Program-made: the position numbers and the translations under genes
In this document: piece after piece, positions 1 through 8,359 of the stretch
How the letters are laid out: every line of letters starts with the position of its first letter
How positions within the stretch are numbered: the stretch's first letter is position 1
IMG/VR virus record: IMGVR_UViG_3300020042_002437
Span: 1-39,434 of that record
From: a virus
Taxonomy: Duplodnaviria > Caudoviricetes
Length of the DNA: 39,434 bases
Reading direction: 5' to 3' (one strand)
Notes under the pieces: model-generated
Databases searched by the model: none
Told to the model about the DNA's origin: nothing
The model's input: only the letters and a program-made list of their open reading frames with translations

Positions 1-167
1 CGAGCATTGACGAGAGCGGTGCGCTGCTGTCGGAAGACTACCACTTCTGCGAACTGTTTCGCAAGCACGGGGGGAAGATATACGCCCACCCCTTCGTGAA
101 ATTAGACCACGTTGGGACATACACCTACAACGGGGACATTTTGAAATCGGGCGGCAACCTAAAGTAA
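1..167 (+). CDS. 3' end of a GT-A/GT2-like glycosyltransferase-like protein (partial, not in ORF track)
   Basis: Frame from nt 3 reads SIDESGALLSEDYHFCELFRKHGGKIYAHPFVKLDHVGTYTYNGDILKSGGNLK* (TAA 165-167). It aligns with the C-terminus of 37800-38534 (GEDYLFCDRAREQGFEVWIDPTIKLGHMGVQEYEG). Confidence 0.75.
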   Translation, partial: SIDESGALLSEDYHFCELFRKHGGKIYAHPFVKLDHVGTYTYNGDILKSGGNLK

Positions 168-179
168 GGAGCAAGCGAC

Positions 180-776
180 ATGGAATTGAAAATGAATAAA
201 GCAGCGGCAGTTTTGAAACTGCTACGAAAAGGTTATTCTGCTAAGGAAATACAGGAACAGCTTGGGGTAAGCCTAAGCTACGTGCATCTACTAAAGAAGA
301 AGTTAGCAGAAGGTATAGGGGAAGTGGTAGAAACGGTGCGACAGACTGCCACAGAACACAATAACAAGATCAAAGAGATAATTACAGACGGAAAAGCACA
401 ATCTAAGACAACTATTCTTAGCATGACTCCGGAATTTGCCTTCTCAATATCGCAGGGTAGGCAGAAGCGCCGCGAGGAAGCAGAAGCAGAGGCAAAAGCT
501 AATGCTGACGTAGACGATATCCTTGACAAACGCGCAGCCACTTACGGTAGCTTCATTAACGTAGCGCTTTTTGCACAGGAAATGAAAGAACTCATCCGTG
601 GCGCCCTAGACGAACAAAATGCAGGTCTACAAGCAGACCATCAAGAAGCCCTTGATATGATAACGAGTAAGATTGCGCGTATCATCATTGGTGACTCAAA
701 TCATATAGATAGCTGGATTGATATAGCGGGGTATGCTACGTTAGTGGCTGATCGCCTCCAAGGGAAATCTAGATAG
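180..776 (+). CDS. N-terminal HTH plus C-terminal DUF6378-like domain protein
   Basis: HTH pattern LLRKGYSAKEIQEQLGVSLSYV. The C-terminal ILDKRAATYG...KIARIIIGD...DSWIDIAGYATL resembles phage DUF6378 (recalled). RBS AAGGAG at 166-171. Confidence 0.7.
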   Translation: MELKMNKAAAVLKLLRKGYSAKEIQEQLGVSLSYVHLLKKKLAEGIGEVVETVRQTATEHNNKIKEIITDGKAQSKTTILSMTPEFAFSISQGRQKRREEAEAEAKANADVDDILDKRAATYGSFINVALFAQEMKELIRGALDEQNAGLQADHQEALDMITSKIARIIIGDSNHIDSWIDIAGYATLVADRLQGKSR

Positions 777-777
777 C

Positions 778-1452
778 ATGACAGCATGGTCCTATAGCAG
801 TATCAAGACCTTCGACCAGTGTCCGAAGAAGTACTTCCACCTCAAGATTGTGAAGGACGTCAAGGATATTCCGGGGGAAGCTGCTGACTATGGGACCGCA
901 GTCCATGGAGCCGCCGAGTTGTTCATTAAGGATGGTACACCCATCCCTGAGAAGTTTTCTTACATGCGACCCATCATGGAGCCACTGGCTGCTAAGAAAG
1001 GTACAAAGCACACCGAGTTGCGGCTAGGTGTCAGGAAGACGGATACTGGTTACGAGCCTACCACCTTCTTTGCCAAGGATGTGTGGTGGCGCGGCATCGT
1101 CGATTTGCTGATCGTCAATGGTAGCACAGCTTATATGATTGACTACAAGACGGGCAAGAACGCCAAGTACGCAGACATGAAGCAGCTTGACTTAATGGCA
1201 GCGGCCACCTTCGTGCATTACCCAGAGGTGCAGAAGATCAAGTCAGCATTAGCCTTCGTGGTTAGCAACGAGTTCCCTAAGAAAGTACACGTACGAGAGA
1301 AGCAGGATGAGTATTTTTCTGTGTTTAACGACCAGTTAGATCAGTTGGAATCTGCCATGGATAATGGTATATGGAACGCCAAGACAAGCCCACTATGCGG
1401 ATGGTGCCCAGTTAAAAGCTGCGAACACTACAAGCCGCCACGGAGAAGATGA
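778..1452 (+). CDS. PD-(D/E)XK exonuclease, Cas4/RecB-like
   Basis: SYSSIKTFDQCP, GTAVH, E...RGIVDLL...IDYKTGK and QLDLMA motifs. C-terminal CGWCPVKSC completes a four-Cys set. Confidence 0.9.
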   Translation: MTAWSYSSIKTFDQCPKKYFHLKIVKDVKDIPGEAADYGTAVHGAAELFIKDGTPIPEKFSYMRPIMEPLAAKKGTKHTELRLGVRKTDTGYEPTTFFAKDVWWRGIVDLLIVNGSTAYMIDYKTGKNAKYADMKQLDLMAAATFVHYPEVQKIKSALAFVVSNEFPKKVHVREKQDEYFSVFNDQLDQLESAMDNGIWNAKTSPLCGWCPVKSCEHYKPPRRR

Positions 1453-1733
1453 TGGCACGGAACTACAGGAGCGAATACGACACATACCAAGGCAGCGAAC
1501 AGCAGAAGAAGAACCGAGCGCAGCGCAATGCGGCCCGTGCTAAGATGGCTAAAGCTGGTAAGGTACATAAGGGTGATGGCAAAGACGTTGCCCATACGAA
1601 AGCATTTGACAAAGGCGGCACTAACAAGACAGGGCTGCGTGTAGAAAGTAAGGCCACTAACCGCTCATTTAAGCGGGACAGCAAGGGCAACCTAGTATCG
1701 GAAGTGAGTACGCGAGAGCGCAAGAAGAAATAA
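1449..1733 (+). CDS. Small basic HNH-like protein
   Basis: GDGKDVAH...KGGTNK..LRVESKATNRS matches the phage HNH-like DVDH...GG.N...NR pattern, with Asp replaced by Ala. Confidence 0.65.
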   Translation: MMARNYRSEYDTYQGSEQQKKNRAQRNAARAKMAKAGKVHKGDGKDVAHTKAFDKGGTNKTGLRVESKATNRSFKRDSKGNLVSEVSTRERKKK

Positions 1734-1751
1734 TACCGCAAGGAGCAAACT

Positions 1752-3293
1752 GTGGAAATCATTGACAACAAGGCGCTGCTAGTCAGCGCTCAAGACCCGT
1801 CTGTCATCACGGATCATATACATAAGAGCGCTGCCGTTAAGGAAGGCGTGGTTGTCAAATGGGGACACACTGAAGCTGAGATACTAGCTGGGCTGGGGTT
1901 CATCGACACACCATCGCCCATGCTTAAGTCCTATGAGTGGACAGGTAAGCTAACTCCGTTCGAGCATCAAAAGGTTACAGCCTCTTTCTTGTCAATCCGC
2001 AAACGCGCATTCTGCTTCAACGAACAGGGTACAGGTAAGACAGCCAGCGTCATATGGGCTGCGGACTACCTCATGAAACGTGGTGATATCAAACGTGTGC
2101 TGGTGCTATGCCCACTTTCTATCATGAAATCTGCGTGGCAACAGGATTTGTTTAAGTTCGCTATGCACCGTTCGTGCAGCGTAGCGCATGGTGCCGCTAA
2201 GCAACGTGAGAAGATCATTGCAGCAGGGGCCGAGTTCGTCATCATTAACTTCGATGGGCTGGCTATCGTGAAGGACCAGATCATTGCCGAGGGGTTCGAC
2301 CTTATTGTGATCGACGAAGCAAACGCCTACAAAAATGCACAGACCAACCGTTGGAAAACAATTAAACAAATAGTTAACGCGCTGAATCCGCGTATCTGGA
2401 TGCTTACAGGTACGCCAGCAGCACAAAGCCCCCTTGATGCTTACGGCCTCGCTAAGTTAGCTGATGGCCCCAACTGCCCTAAGTTCTACGGTCAGTACCG
2501 CGAACAGGTTATGATGAAGGTGACCCAGTTCAAATGGGTTCCTAAGCCGCACTCGCAGGATGTGGTGCATAGTATTCTTCAGCCAGCCATACGGTTTGAG
2601 AAGAAGGATTGCCTTGACCTACCAGAAGTGACGCACATTGAACGCGAAGCGCCGCTCACCCCACAGCAGCAGAAATACTACAACAAGCTAAAGAGCCAGA
2701 TGCTGTTCGAAGCCGATGGCGAAGAGGTCAGCGCGGTGAACGCTGCCGCCCGTATTAACAAGCTACTCCAGATCAGCGGAGGCGCGGTATATACGGATAC
2801 TGGAGAAGTCCTAGAGTTCGACGTATCCAACCGACTGAACGTGGTGTTAGAAGTGATCGAGGAAGCCAGCAACAAGGTACTGGTCTTTGTGCCGTTTACT
2901 CACACCATTGAGTTGCTACGTGCCAAGCTAGGTAAAGCTGGTGTCCCTTGTGAGGTCATCAACGGTAAGGTGTCGATGAACAATCGCAGCGACATCATCC
3001 ACCAGTTCCAAACGCAACCCAACCCACATGTGCTTATCATTCAGCCACAGGCTGCATCGCACGGACTTACACTTACGGCAGCAGACACAATCATTTGGTA
3101 TGCCCCGGTGACAAGTGTAGAAACCTACCTCCAAGCCAATGCCCGTATTGATCGTCCCGGCCAGAAGAACGCCATGACCATCGTGCATATCAAAGGCAGC
3201 GAGGTGGAAGACCGCTTATACAATATGCTTCGCGGTAATATCGAGAACCACAAACGTATCATTGATTTATACAGACAAATGACGGAGGAATAA
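1752..3293 (+). CDS. SNF2-family (SF2) helicase/ATPase
   Basis: EQGTGKT (motif I), IVIDEA (II), LTGTP (III), HGLTLTAA (V), QANARIDRPGQ (VI). GTG start with AAGGAG RBS. Confidence 0.95.
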   Translation: MEIIDNKALLVSAQDPSVITDHIHKSAAVKEGVVVKWGHTEAEILAGLGFIDTPSPMLKSYEWTGKLTPFEHQKVTASFLSIRKRAFCFNEQGTGKTASVIWAADYLMKRGDIKRVLVLCPLSIMKSAWQQDLFKFAMHRSCSVAHGAAKQREKIIAAGAEFVIINFDGLAIVKDQIIAEGFDLIVIDEANAYKNAQTNRWKTIKQIVNALNPRIWMLTGTPAAQSPLDAYGLAKLADGPNCPKFYGQYREQVMMKVTQFKWVPKPHSQDVVHSILQPAIRFEKKDCLDLPEVTHIEREAPLTPQQQKYYNKLKSQMLFEADGEEVSAVNAAARINKLLQISGGAVYTDTGEVLEFDVSNRLNVVLEVIEEASNKVLVFVPFTHTIELLRAKLGKAGVPCEVINGKVSMNNRSDIIHQFQTQPNPHVLIIQPQAASHGLTLTAADTIIWYAPVTSVETYLQANARIDRPGQKNAMTIVHIKGSEVEDRLYNMLRGNIENHKRIIDLYRQMTEE

Positions 3294-3294
3294 A

Positions 3295-3564
3295 ATGACT
3301 GAGACTACAATGTTTGAACGCCCCCCAGTATTTAATTTTAAGGTGGGTGACCGTGTCGAGGTGAAAGAGCACCTGCACCTTAGAGCTACTGGCTGCACCA
3401 AGGGGTCATATGCCCTGACCTACCCTGAGGGTTTCACGGTAGTGGATATAATTTCGCCTAACAGACATACCCATGAATATCAGTGTGAACCAATCGTTGA
3501 AACACCCCATTCTAGAACGATGCTTATTGAAGAAAGATATCTCAAGGAGCTTGACACTGTATAG
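3295..3564 (+). CDS. Hypothetical protein (FKVGDRV SH3/KOW-like start)
   Basis: GGAGG RBS at the end of the helicase gene; fills the gap between neighbours. Confidence 0.7.
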   Translation: MTETTMFERPPVFNFKVGDRVEVKEHLHLRATGCTKGSYALTYPEGFTVVDIISPNRHTHEYQCEPIVETPHSRTMLIEERYLKELDTV

Positions 3565-3579
3565 TACGGGGTCTAGAAG
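3551..3579 (+). promoter_or_regulatory. Sigma70-type promoter
   Basis: TTGACA (3551-3556), 17-nt spacer, TAGAAG (3574-3579), upstream of the 3614 gene. Confidence 0.7.
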
Positions 3580-3613
3580 GGGACTACGGCAATAGCCGAG
3601 CAAGGAGCAAACC

Positions 3614-4018
3614 ATGTCAGAACCAGTACTAATCAACGACCTCGTGGCTGCGTACCGCAACATTCGTGCGGCGGTTGCAGCGGAGGAAGAAGCCCACGAT
3701 ACTAAACTTAGGGGTCTGAAAGACCAGTTGGAAATTATCTCCACTGAGCTTCTCAACTTCTGCAACTCGCAGAACCTCGACAGTGTCCGCACCCCTGCTG
3801 GCACTTTATCCCGCCGTGTCCAAACGCGATATTGGACAACAGATTGGGAACATATGTACAAGTTTATCGCAGACAACGATGTGCCTTTCGTCCTCGAAAA
3901 GCGTATTCACAATGGCAACATGAAGCAGTTTCTGGAGGAGAATCCGGACGTTCTCCCTATCGGTCTTCAGATCGACAACAAGTACGTAATCCAAGTCCGT
4001 AAACCAACTGAGAAGTGA
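3614..4018 (+). CDS. Conserved phage replication-module protein (N-terminal coiled coil)
   Basis: Strong RBS; coiled coil followed by SVRTPAGT...DW...F...LEKRI, typical of the gene preceding SSB in such modules. Confidence 0.75.
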   Translation: MSEPVLINDLVAAYRNIRAAVAAEEEAHDTKLRGLKDQLEIISTELLNFCNSQNLDSVRTPAGTLSRRVQTRYWTTDWEHMYKFIADNDVPFVLEKRIHNGNMKQFLEENPDVLPIGLQIDNKYVIQVRKPTEK

Positions 4019-4026
4019 GAATACCT

Positions 4027-4962
4027 ATGAGCAATATAACCATATTTGAAGAACCATCTAATGTCGCCACGGTGCACCGTGAGTCTCGTCGTATGGACCG
4101 TATGTCCAGCGGCGGTGGCGGAAGCACCATGCGCCGCATCCAGCTTAGCAATGGCCGCACTTTCAAGCGCGTCATCAATGGTGAGCAAATCGGTAAGGCC
4201 GTTAGCGACAACCTCGACGTCATCGTGGTAGACTGGCTCGTTGAGCCTTCGCGTAAATTCTATGCGGCTGCTTACGACAAAGATGCCAAGGCCACACTGC
4301 CTGACTGCTGGTCAAACGATGGTGTTGCGCCAGAAGCAGGAGCCAACAATAAGCAGAGTAAGGCATGTGCTTCATGCCCTAAGAACGTCAAGGGTTCCGG
4401 TTCCGGTGGTAAGGGTAAAGCTTGCCGCTACGAGCGCCGCCTTGCAGTCCTCGTTGCTGGTGATCCGACTGGTGATTTGTACCAGATTGCTATCCCGGGC
4501 GCTTCGCTGTTCAGTGACAACGATGGCAAAGTCTATGGCTTTGAAGGATACAAAAAGTTTCTTCTCGCCAGTAAACACGCTCTCGACACGGTGGTAACAC
4601 GCCTCGTCTATGATACCGAAGCAGACACGGCCAAGGTTGGGTTTAAACCTATCCGTCACTTGACCGAGGTAGAAGCAGCGTTTGTGGACGCAGCGCAGGA
4701 CGATCCCGCCACAGAGAAGTACACAATGCTGACTGCTGGTGCTATAGATACCACTAAGGCTATTGCTGCTCCTGCTCCTGTTGTCGCTATCGCCGCACCC
4801 ACTGTGAGCGTTAATCCGTTCGGTGATGACGATGACGAAGACGAAGTGCCAGCTACCCCAGTCAAACGGGCCGCTAAACCGAAGGTTGTTCCTGAGGTAA
4901 AGCCCGAACTGGCATCTGTAATGGGTGAGTGGCTTAAGGAAGAAGAGGATGACTTCGCATGA
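4027..4962 (+). CDS. Putative ssDNA-binding/recombination protein with Cys cluster and acidic tail
   Basis: PDCWS...CASCPKN...KACRY Cys cluster, Pro/Ala linker and acidic aromatic end EEEDDFA as in SSBs. ATG 4027 preferred to GTG 4015. Confidence 0.65.
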   Translation: MSNITIFEEPSNVATVHRESRRMDRMSSGGGGSTMRRIQLSNGRTFKRVINGEQIGKAVSDNLDVIVVDWLVEPSRKFYAAAYDKDAKATLPDCWSNDGVAPEAGANNKQSKACASCPKNVKGSGSGGKGKACRYERRLAVLVAGDPTGDLYQIAIPGASLFSDNDGKVYGFEGYKKFLLASKHALDTVVTRLVYDTEADTAKVGFKPIRHLTEVEAAFVDAAQDDPATEKYTMLTAGAIDTTKAIAAPAPVVAIAAPTVSVNPFGDDDDEDEVPATPVKRAAKPKVVPEVKPELASVMGEWLKEEEDDFA

Positions 4963-5192
4963 GTATGCGTGGTTACAGCATCCGTGTAGCCGAGGCTATC
5001 GGGGAGGCCGATATTAACCTCCTCGGGGTACAACTTGGGCGAGCTTGTCTTGCCCAAGATATCCCTGTCGCAGAAGTTGCGGAGAGCCTCGGGATTACAC
5101 GCCAAACGGTATATCACTGGTTTCTTGGGTTGAGTGAACCAAGAGGCAAATCATGTGAGGCCATCCAGTCCTACCTAGCTAATTTGGGTTGA
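4959..5192 (+). CDS. XRE/Cro-like HTH DNA-binding protein
   Basis: VAEVAESLGITRQTVYHWFLGLSEPR; ATGA overlap with the upstream gene. Confidence 0.85.
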   Translation: MSMRGYSIRVAEAIGEADINLLGVQLGRACLAQDIPVAEVAESLGITRQTVYHWFLGLSEPRGKSCEAIQSYLANLG

Positions 5193-5248
5193 GCTTTCAC
5201 AAAGAGCAAACGATAAGTGGGGGTTTCCCCGCAACGGTGAGTGATGCA

Positions 5249-8089
5249 ATGCAACAATATGATCTCTTAAGCCTCGTGCAGCCAGCCGGGGGCTGGTTCG
5301 CTATCACAGGTATCAAAGGGACAGGGAAAGACGCCGATGTCCGCCAAGAACTTGTAGCTACGCGGGAAGAAGCAGATGCTTTAATAGAGCGCTTTGTCGA
5401 TGCTGGCCGAAATGTATTCTTCGGGGTAGCCAAGTACACAACTGGTGATAACCGTAAGAAAGAGAACGTCCTTGGTCTCAAGGCGTTCTGGCTCGATGTA
5501 GACTGCGGCCCAACCAAAGCTGAACCCGACCCGAAGACCGGACGACCTGATGGTTACATAGACCAGAGTGCTGCCATAGCGGCGCTGCGTACTTTTTGCG
5601 AATCAGTAGGTCTTCCTGCTCCTACTATAGTAGACTCAGGTGGTGGTATCCACGTATACTGGGCGCTTACGGAAGAAATCACACGGCGGGACTGGGAACC
5701 TGTAGCCGAACGCTTCAAAGAAGTGTGCAAAACCCAGAACTTCTACGTCGATAATGCGGTGTTCGAAGTGGCACGTATCCTACGTGTGCCCGGTACATTT
5801 AACTTCAAAGAAGCAGAGCCTCGTCCGGTTGAGTTTATCCATGTGGGCAAGCCGACCTCCTTTGAGGAGATACGCTCCATCTTTGGGGTCAAGGCGCAGC
5901 CGACAATCTTCGATGAGGACTACCAACCGTCACCACGCCAACTGGCACTGACAAATGGTATAGGCTACAACTTCAGACAAATCATGCAGCGCACAGCTAG
6001 GGGTGACGGGTGTAACCAACTCCTACACGCGTACAAGCACCAAGATACCGTCAGTTACTATGAATGGTTCTACGCGCTGTCGGTGGCAGCTATGTGCGAG
6101 GACGCAGACACTGCGGTCCATATGATGTCGAAGGGCCACCCAGACTATGATCCGGAGTCCGTAGACAGAAAAGTAGAGACCATCCGCAAAGCAACTAGCT
6201 GCGCTAAGTTTCGTAGCGTTAACCAAGAGCTATGTGAGGGGTGTCCGCACCTCGACAAGATCAAAGGCCCCAAGGAACTGGGCAAAGTGGTCAAGGAGTC
6301 CAGCGAGGACTTCATCATAGTGGAAAACGAAGAGGGTGTAGCCGAGCATATTGACATCCCCAAGTATCCGTTCCCGTTTTACAGAGGTGATGGCGGTGGT
6401 GTTTGGAAGAAGCCGCCCAAGGATGATGAGGAAGCTGAGCCGAAGATGGTATACGCAAACGATTTCTATGTCGTGAAACGTATGTACGATCCCGGTGAGG
6501 GCGACTCCGCGCTTATGCGTGTACACCTACCGCAAGACGGGCTGCGGGAATTTACCGTTGCCATGTCCAAGGTTACCCAGAAGGATGAGCTTCGCAAGAT
6601 TCTCTCCGCTAACGGGGTGTATAGCTACGGCAAGCGTTTCGATACGCTGATGGAATATGTACACGCATCCGCTGAAAACTTACAAGATAGACAGAAAGCA
6701 GAAATCATGAGGCAACAATTTGGTTGGGTAGACGGTAACAGTCGGTTTGTTCTGGGCGATCAGGAGATGACCATTGACGGCAATATCTATTCGCCGCCGT
6801 CCAAGGCAACAGGCAAGCTAGCTAAGTTTATTGGCCCTGTCGGGTCGATGGATAAATGGAAAAGCGTATGGAACCTGTACGGTGAGGAGGGCATGGAAGC
6901 CCAAGCATTTGCCGCGCTCAGCGCGTTCGGGTCACCGCTGCTTAAGTTTCTTAACCAAACAGGGGCCGTCATCAACCTGTTTAACTCACACTCTGGTACG
7001 GGTAAGACCACCATCTTGAATATGGTGAATAGCGTCTACGGGCATCCTCAACAACTGCGCTTAAAAGAAATCGACACCATGAACGGTAAGCTTCAGTGGG
7101 TCGGCGTCCTCAACAATCTGCCAGCCACCATGGACGAGCTTACCAACGTCACATCTAAGGAATACTCAGACTTCTTATACTCGCTGTCGAACGGTAAGGG
7201 TAAGGAGCGCATGTTGGCCGGGGCCAACGAACTGCGTGAGAACAATACCACATGGCAGAACATCACGGTTTCGACGTCGAACTCTTCGTTTGTCGAGAAG
7301 TTGTCGATCTTGAAGGATAACCCAGAAGGTGAGCTTATGCGCCTTATTGAATACCCTATAGGGTTGGTAGAATCCATCAATACCGCAAATGCCAAAGAGC
7401 TATTTGATAAGGTGCTGTTCTCTAATTACGGCCACGCCGGACCTATTTACATCCGCTTTGTACTAAACAACATGGAGTATGTGGTGGGTAAGTGCCTCCA
7501 GATGCAGGAGAAGATTGACCGTGAACTTCAGCTTCTACCCAAGGAGCGCTTCTGGTCAGCCACAGTAGCAGCTAATATCGAAGGCGGTATCCTCGCCAAG
7601 AAGTGCGACCTAATCAACTGGGATATGAAGCGCATATACAACCACGCTTGCGATATGGTCGAGCGGCTGCGACAAGATACTAAGGCACCACTTAACGGTG
7701 TCGAGCAGGTTATAGGTGACTACCTCTACCGTAATATGCAGAATATCTTAGTTGTGAACGACAAGTCAGACCGGCGCACTAAGCTGCCCTCCGCGCCTAT
7801 ACGCGAACCAAAGGGTGAGTTGCTGATCCGTATCGAGCCGGATACCGAGATGATGTTTTTGATTGCCAAGCCGTTTCGGGAATACTGCGTCAAGTACCAG
7901 ATCAACTACAACGACACTCTAGACAAGTTAGAGGCACAAGGTCGGTTAGTGAAGCGTGACAACAAGCGTATGTCCAAGGGTATGGCTGTCTCAGGTGATA
8001 ACGTCCACTGCCTATGGTTTAAGCTGGACCCAGACTTTGTGAGCGTCAATGAGTACGCCAAGGAAGATGGTATAGTCGATGCAGATTGA
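5249..8089 (+). CDS. Primase-helicase: AEP/RepB-like primase plus DUF927-type P-loop helicase
   Basis: WLDVDC, SGGGIHVYW and ARILRVPGTFN primase motifs; Cys-rich middle (SCAKF...CEGCPH); FGW, SGTGKTT Walker A and MDE Walker B. ATG 5249 preferred to TTG 5189. Confidence 0.88.
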   Translation: MQQYDLLSLVQPAGGWFAITGIKGTGKDADVRQELVATREEADALIERFVDAGRNVFFGVAKYTTGDNRKKENVLGLKAFWLDVDCGPTKAEPDPKTGRPDGYIDQSAAIAALRTFCESVGLPAPTIVDSGGGIHVYWALTEEITRRDWEPVAERFKEVCKTQNFYVDNAVFEVARILRVPGTFNFKEAEPRPVEFIHVGKPTSFEEIRSIFGVKAQPTIFDEDYQPSPRQLALTNGIGYNFRQIMQRTARGDGCNQLLHAYKHQDTVSYYEWFYALSVAAMCEDADTAVHMMSKGHPDYDPESVDRKVETIRKATSCAKFRSVNQELCEGCPHLDKIKGPKELGKVVKESSEDFIIVENEEGVAEHIDIPKYPFPFYRGDGGGVWKKPPKDDEEAEPKMVYANDFYVVKRMYDPGEGDSALMRVHLPQDGLREFTVAMSKVTQKDELRKILSANGVYSYGKRFDTLMEYVHASAENLQDRQKAEIMRQQFGWVDGNSRFVLGDQEMTIDGNIYSPPSKATGKLAKFIGPVGSMDKWKSVWNLYGEEGMEAQAFAALSAFGSPLLKFLNQTGAVINLFNSHSGTGKTTILNMVNSVYGHPQQLRLKEIDTMNGKLQWVGVLNNLPATMDELTNVTSKEYSDFLYSLSNGKGKERMLAGANELRENNTTWQNITVSTSNSSFVEKLSILKDNPEGELMRLIEYPIGLVESINTANAKELFDKVLFSNYGHAGPIYIRFVLNNMEYVVGKCLQMQEKIDRELQLLPKERFWSATVAANIEGGILAKKCDLINWDMKRIYNHACDMVERLRQDTKAPLNGVEQVIGDYLYRNMQNILVVNDKSDRRTKLPSAPIREPKGELLIRIEPDTEMMFLIAKPFREYCVKYQINYNDTLDKLEAQGRLVKRDNKRMSKGMAVSGDNVHCLWFKLDPDFVSVNEYAKEDGIVDAD

Positions 8090-8273
8090 GGGCGTAGACT
8101 ATGAAGTTAACTGGCGCGCATTCCAGAAGGGCACTTCTTTGTTCTTCCCTTGCCTCCATATACCACGCGCTCGGGCACAACTTATGGTAGTCATCAAACG
8201 CCTACGCATCAAGATATTGGTCAAGCCCTCAATCGAAAGTGGAATTAGGGGTTTACGGGTATGGCGAATGTAA
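8079..8273 (+). CDS. Small hypothetical protein, last gene of the replication block
   Basis: Overlaps the primase stop; 64 aa ending GLRVWRM. Confidence 0.75.
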   Translation: MQIEGVDYEVNWRAFQKGTSLFFPCLHIPRARAQLMVVIKRLRIKILVKPSIESGIRGLRVWRM

Positions 8274-8280
8274 GTATACG
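8252..8280 (+). promoter_or_regulatory. Predicted sigma70-type promoter for the small RNA
   Basis: TTTACG (8252-8257), 17-nt spacer, TATACG (8275-8280). Predicted start about 8287, at the base of a hairpin. Confidence 0.55.
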
Positions 8281-8286
8281 GACCTC

Positions 8287-8359
8287 GGAAGTTTGCTCCT
8301 TCCGCTCGGTGCATTGCATCACTCACTACCCCCGGTTGCTCACTCAGCCGGGGGTTTTT
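8287..8359 (+). ncRNA. Candidate multi-target antisense (anti-RBS) small RNA
   Basis: Hairpin GGAAG-tttgctc-CTTCC. 8291-8301 is complementary to the RBS motifs at 166-176, 1740-1750 and 3602-3612. 8310-8326 is the exact reverse complement of 5237-5253. Ends in an intrinsic terminator. Confidence 0.7.
8329..8359 (+). terminator. Rho-independent terminator
   Basis: CCCCCGGTTG-ctcact-CAGCCGGGGG followed by TTTTT, at the convergence of the two gene blocks. Confidence 0.9.

Noticed and set aside
778-1452. Cas4-like nuclease as a sign of a CRISPR-Cas system
   Set aside because: No other cas genes and no repeat-spacer array; solo Cas4-like nucleases are common in phage replication modules.
5189-5248. 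TTG-initiated N-terminal extension of the primase-helicase
   Set aside because: The region looks like a structured leader, and ATG 5249 is supported by an RBS-like sequence and the antisense match. Track starts at 21430, 26494, 33777 and 39391 were shortened for similar reasons.
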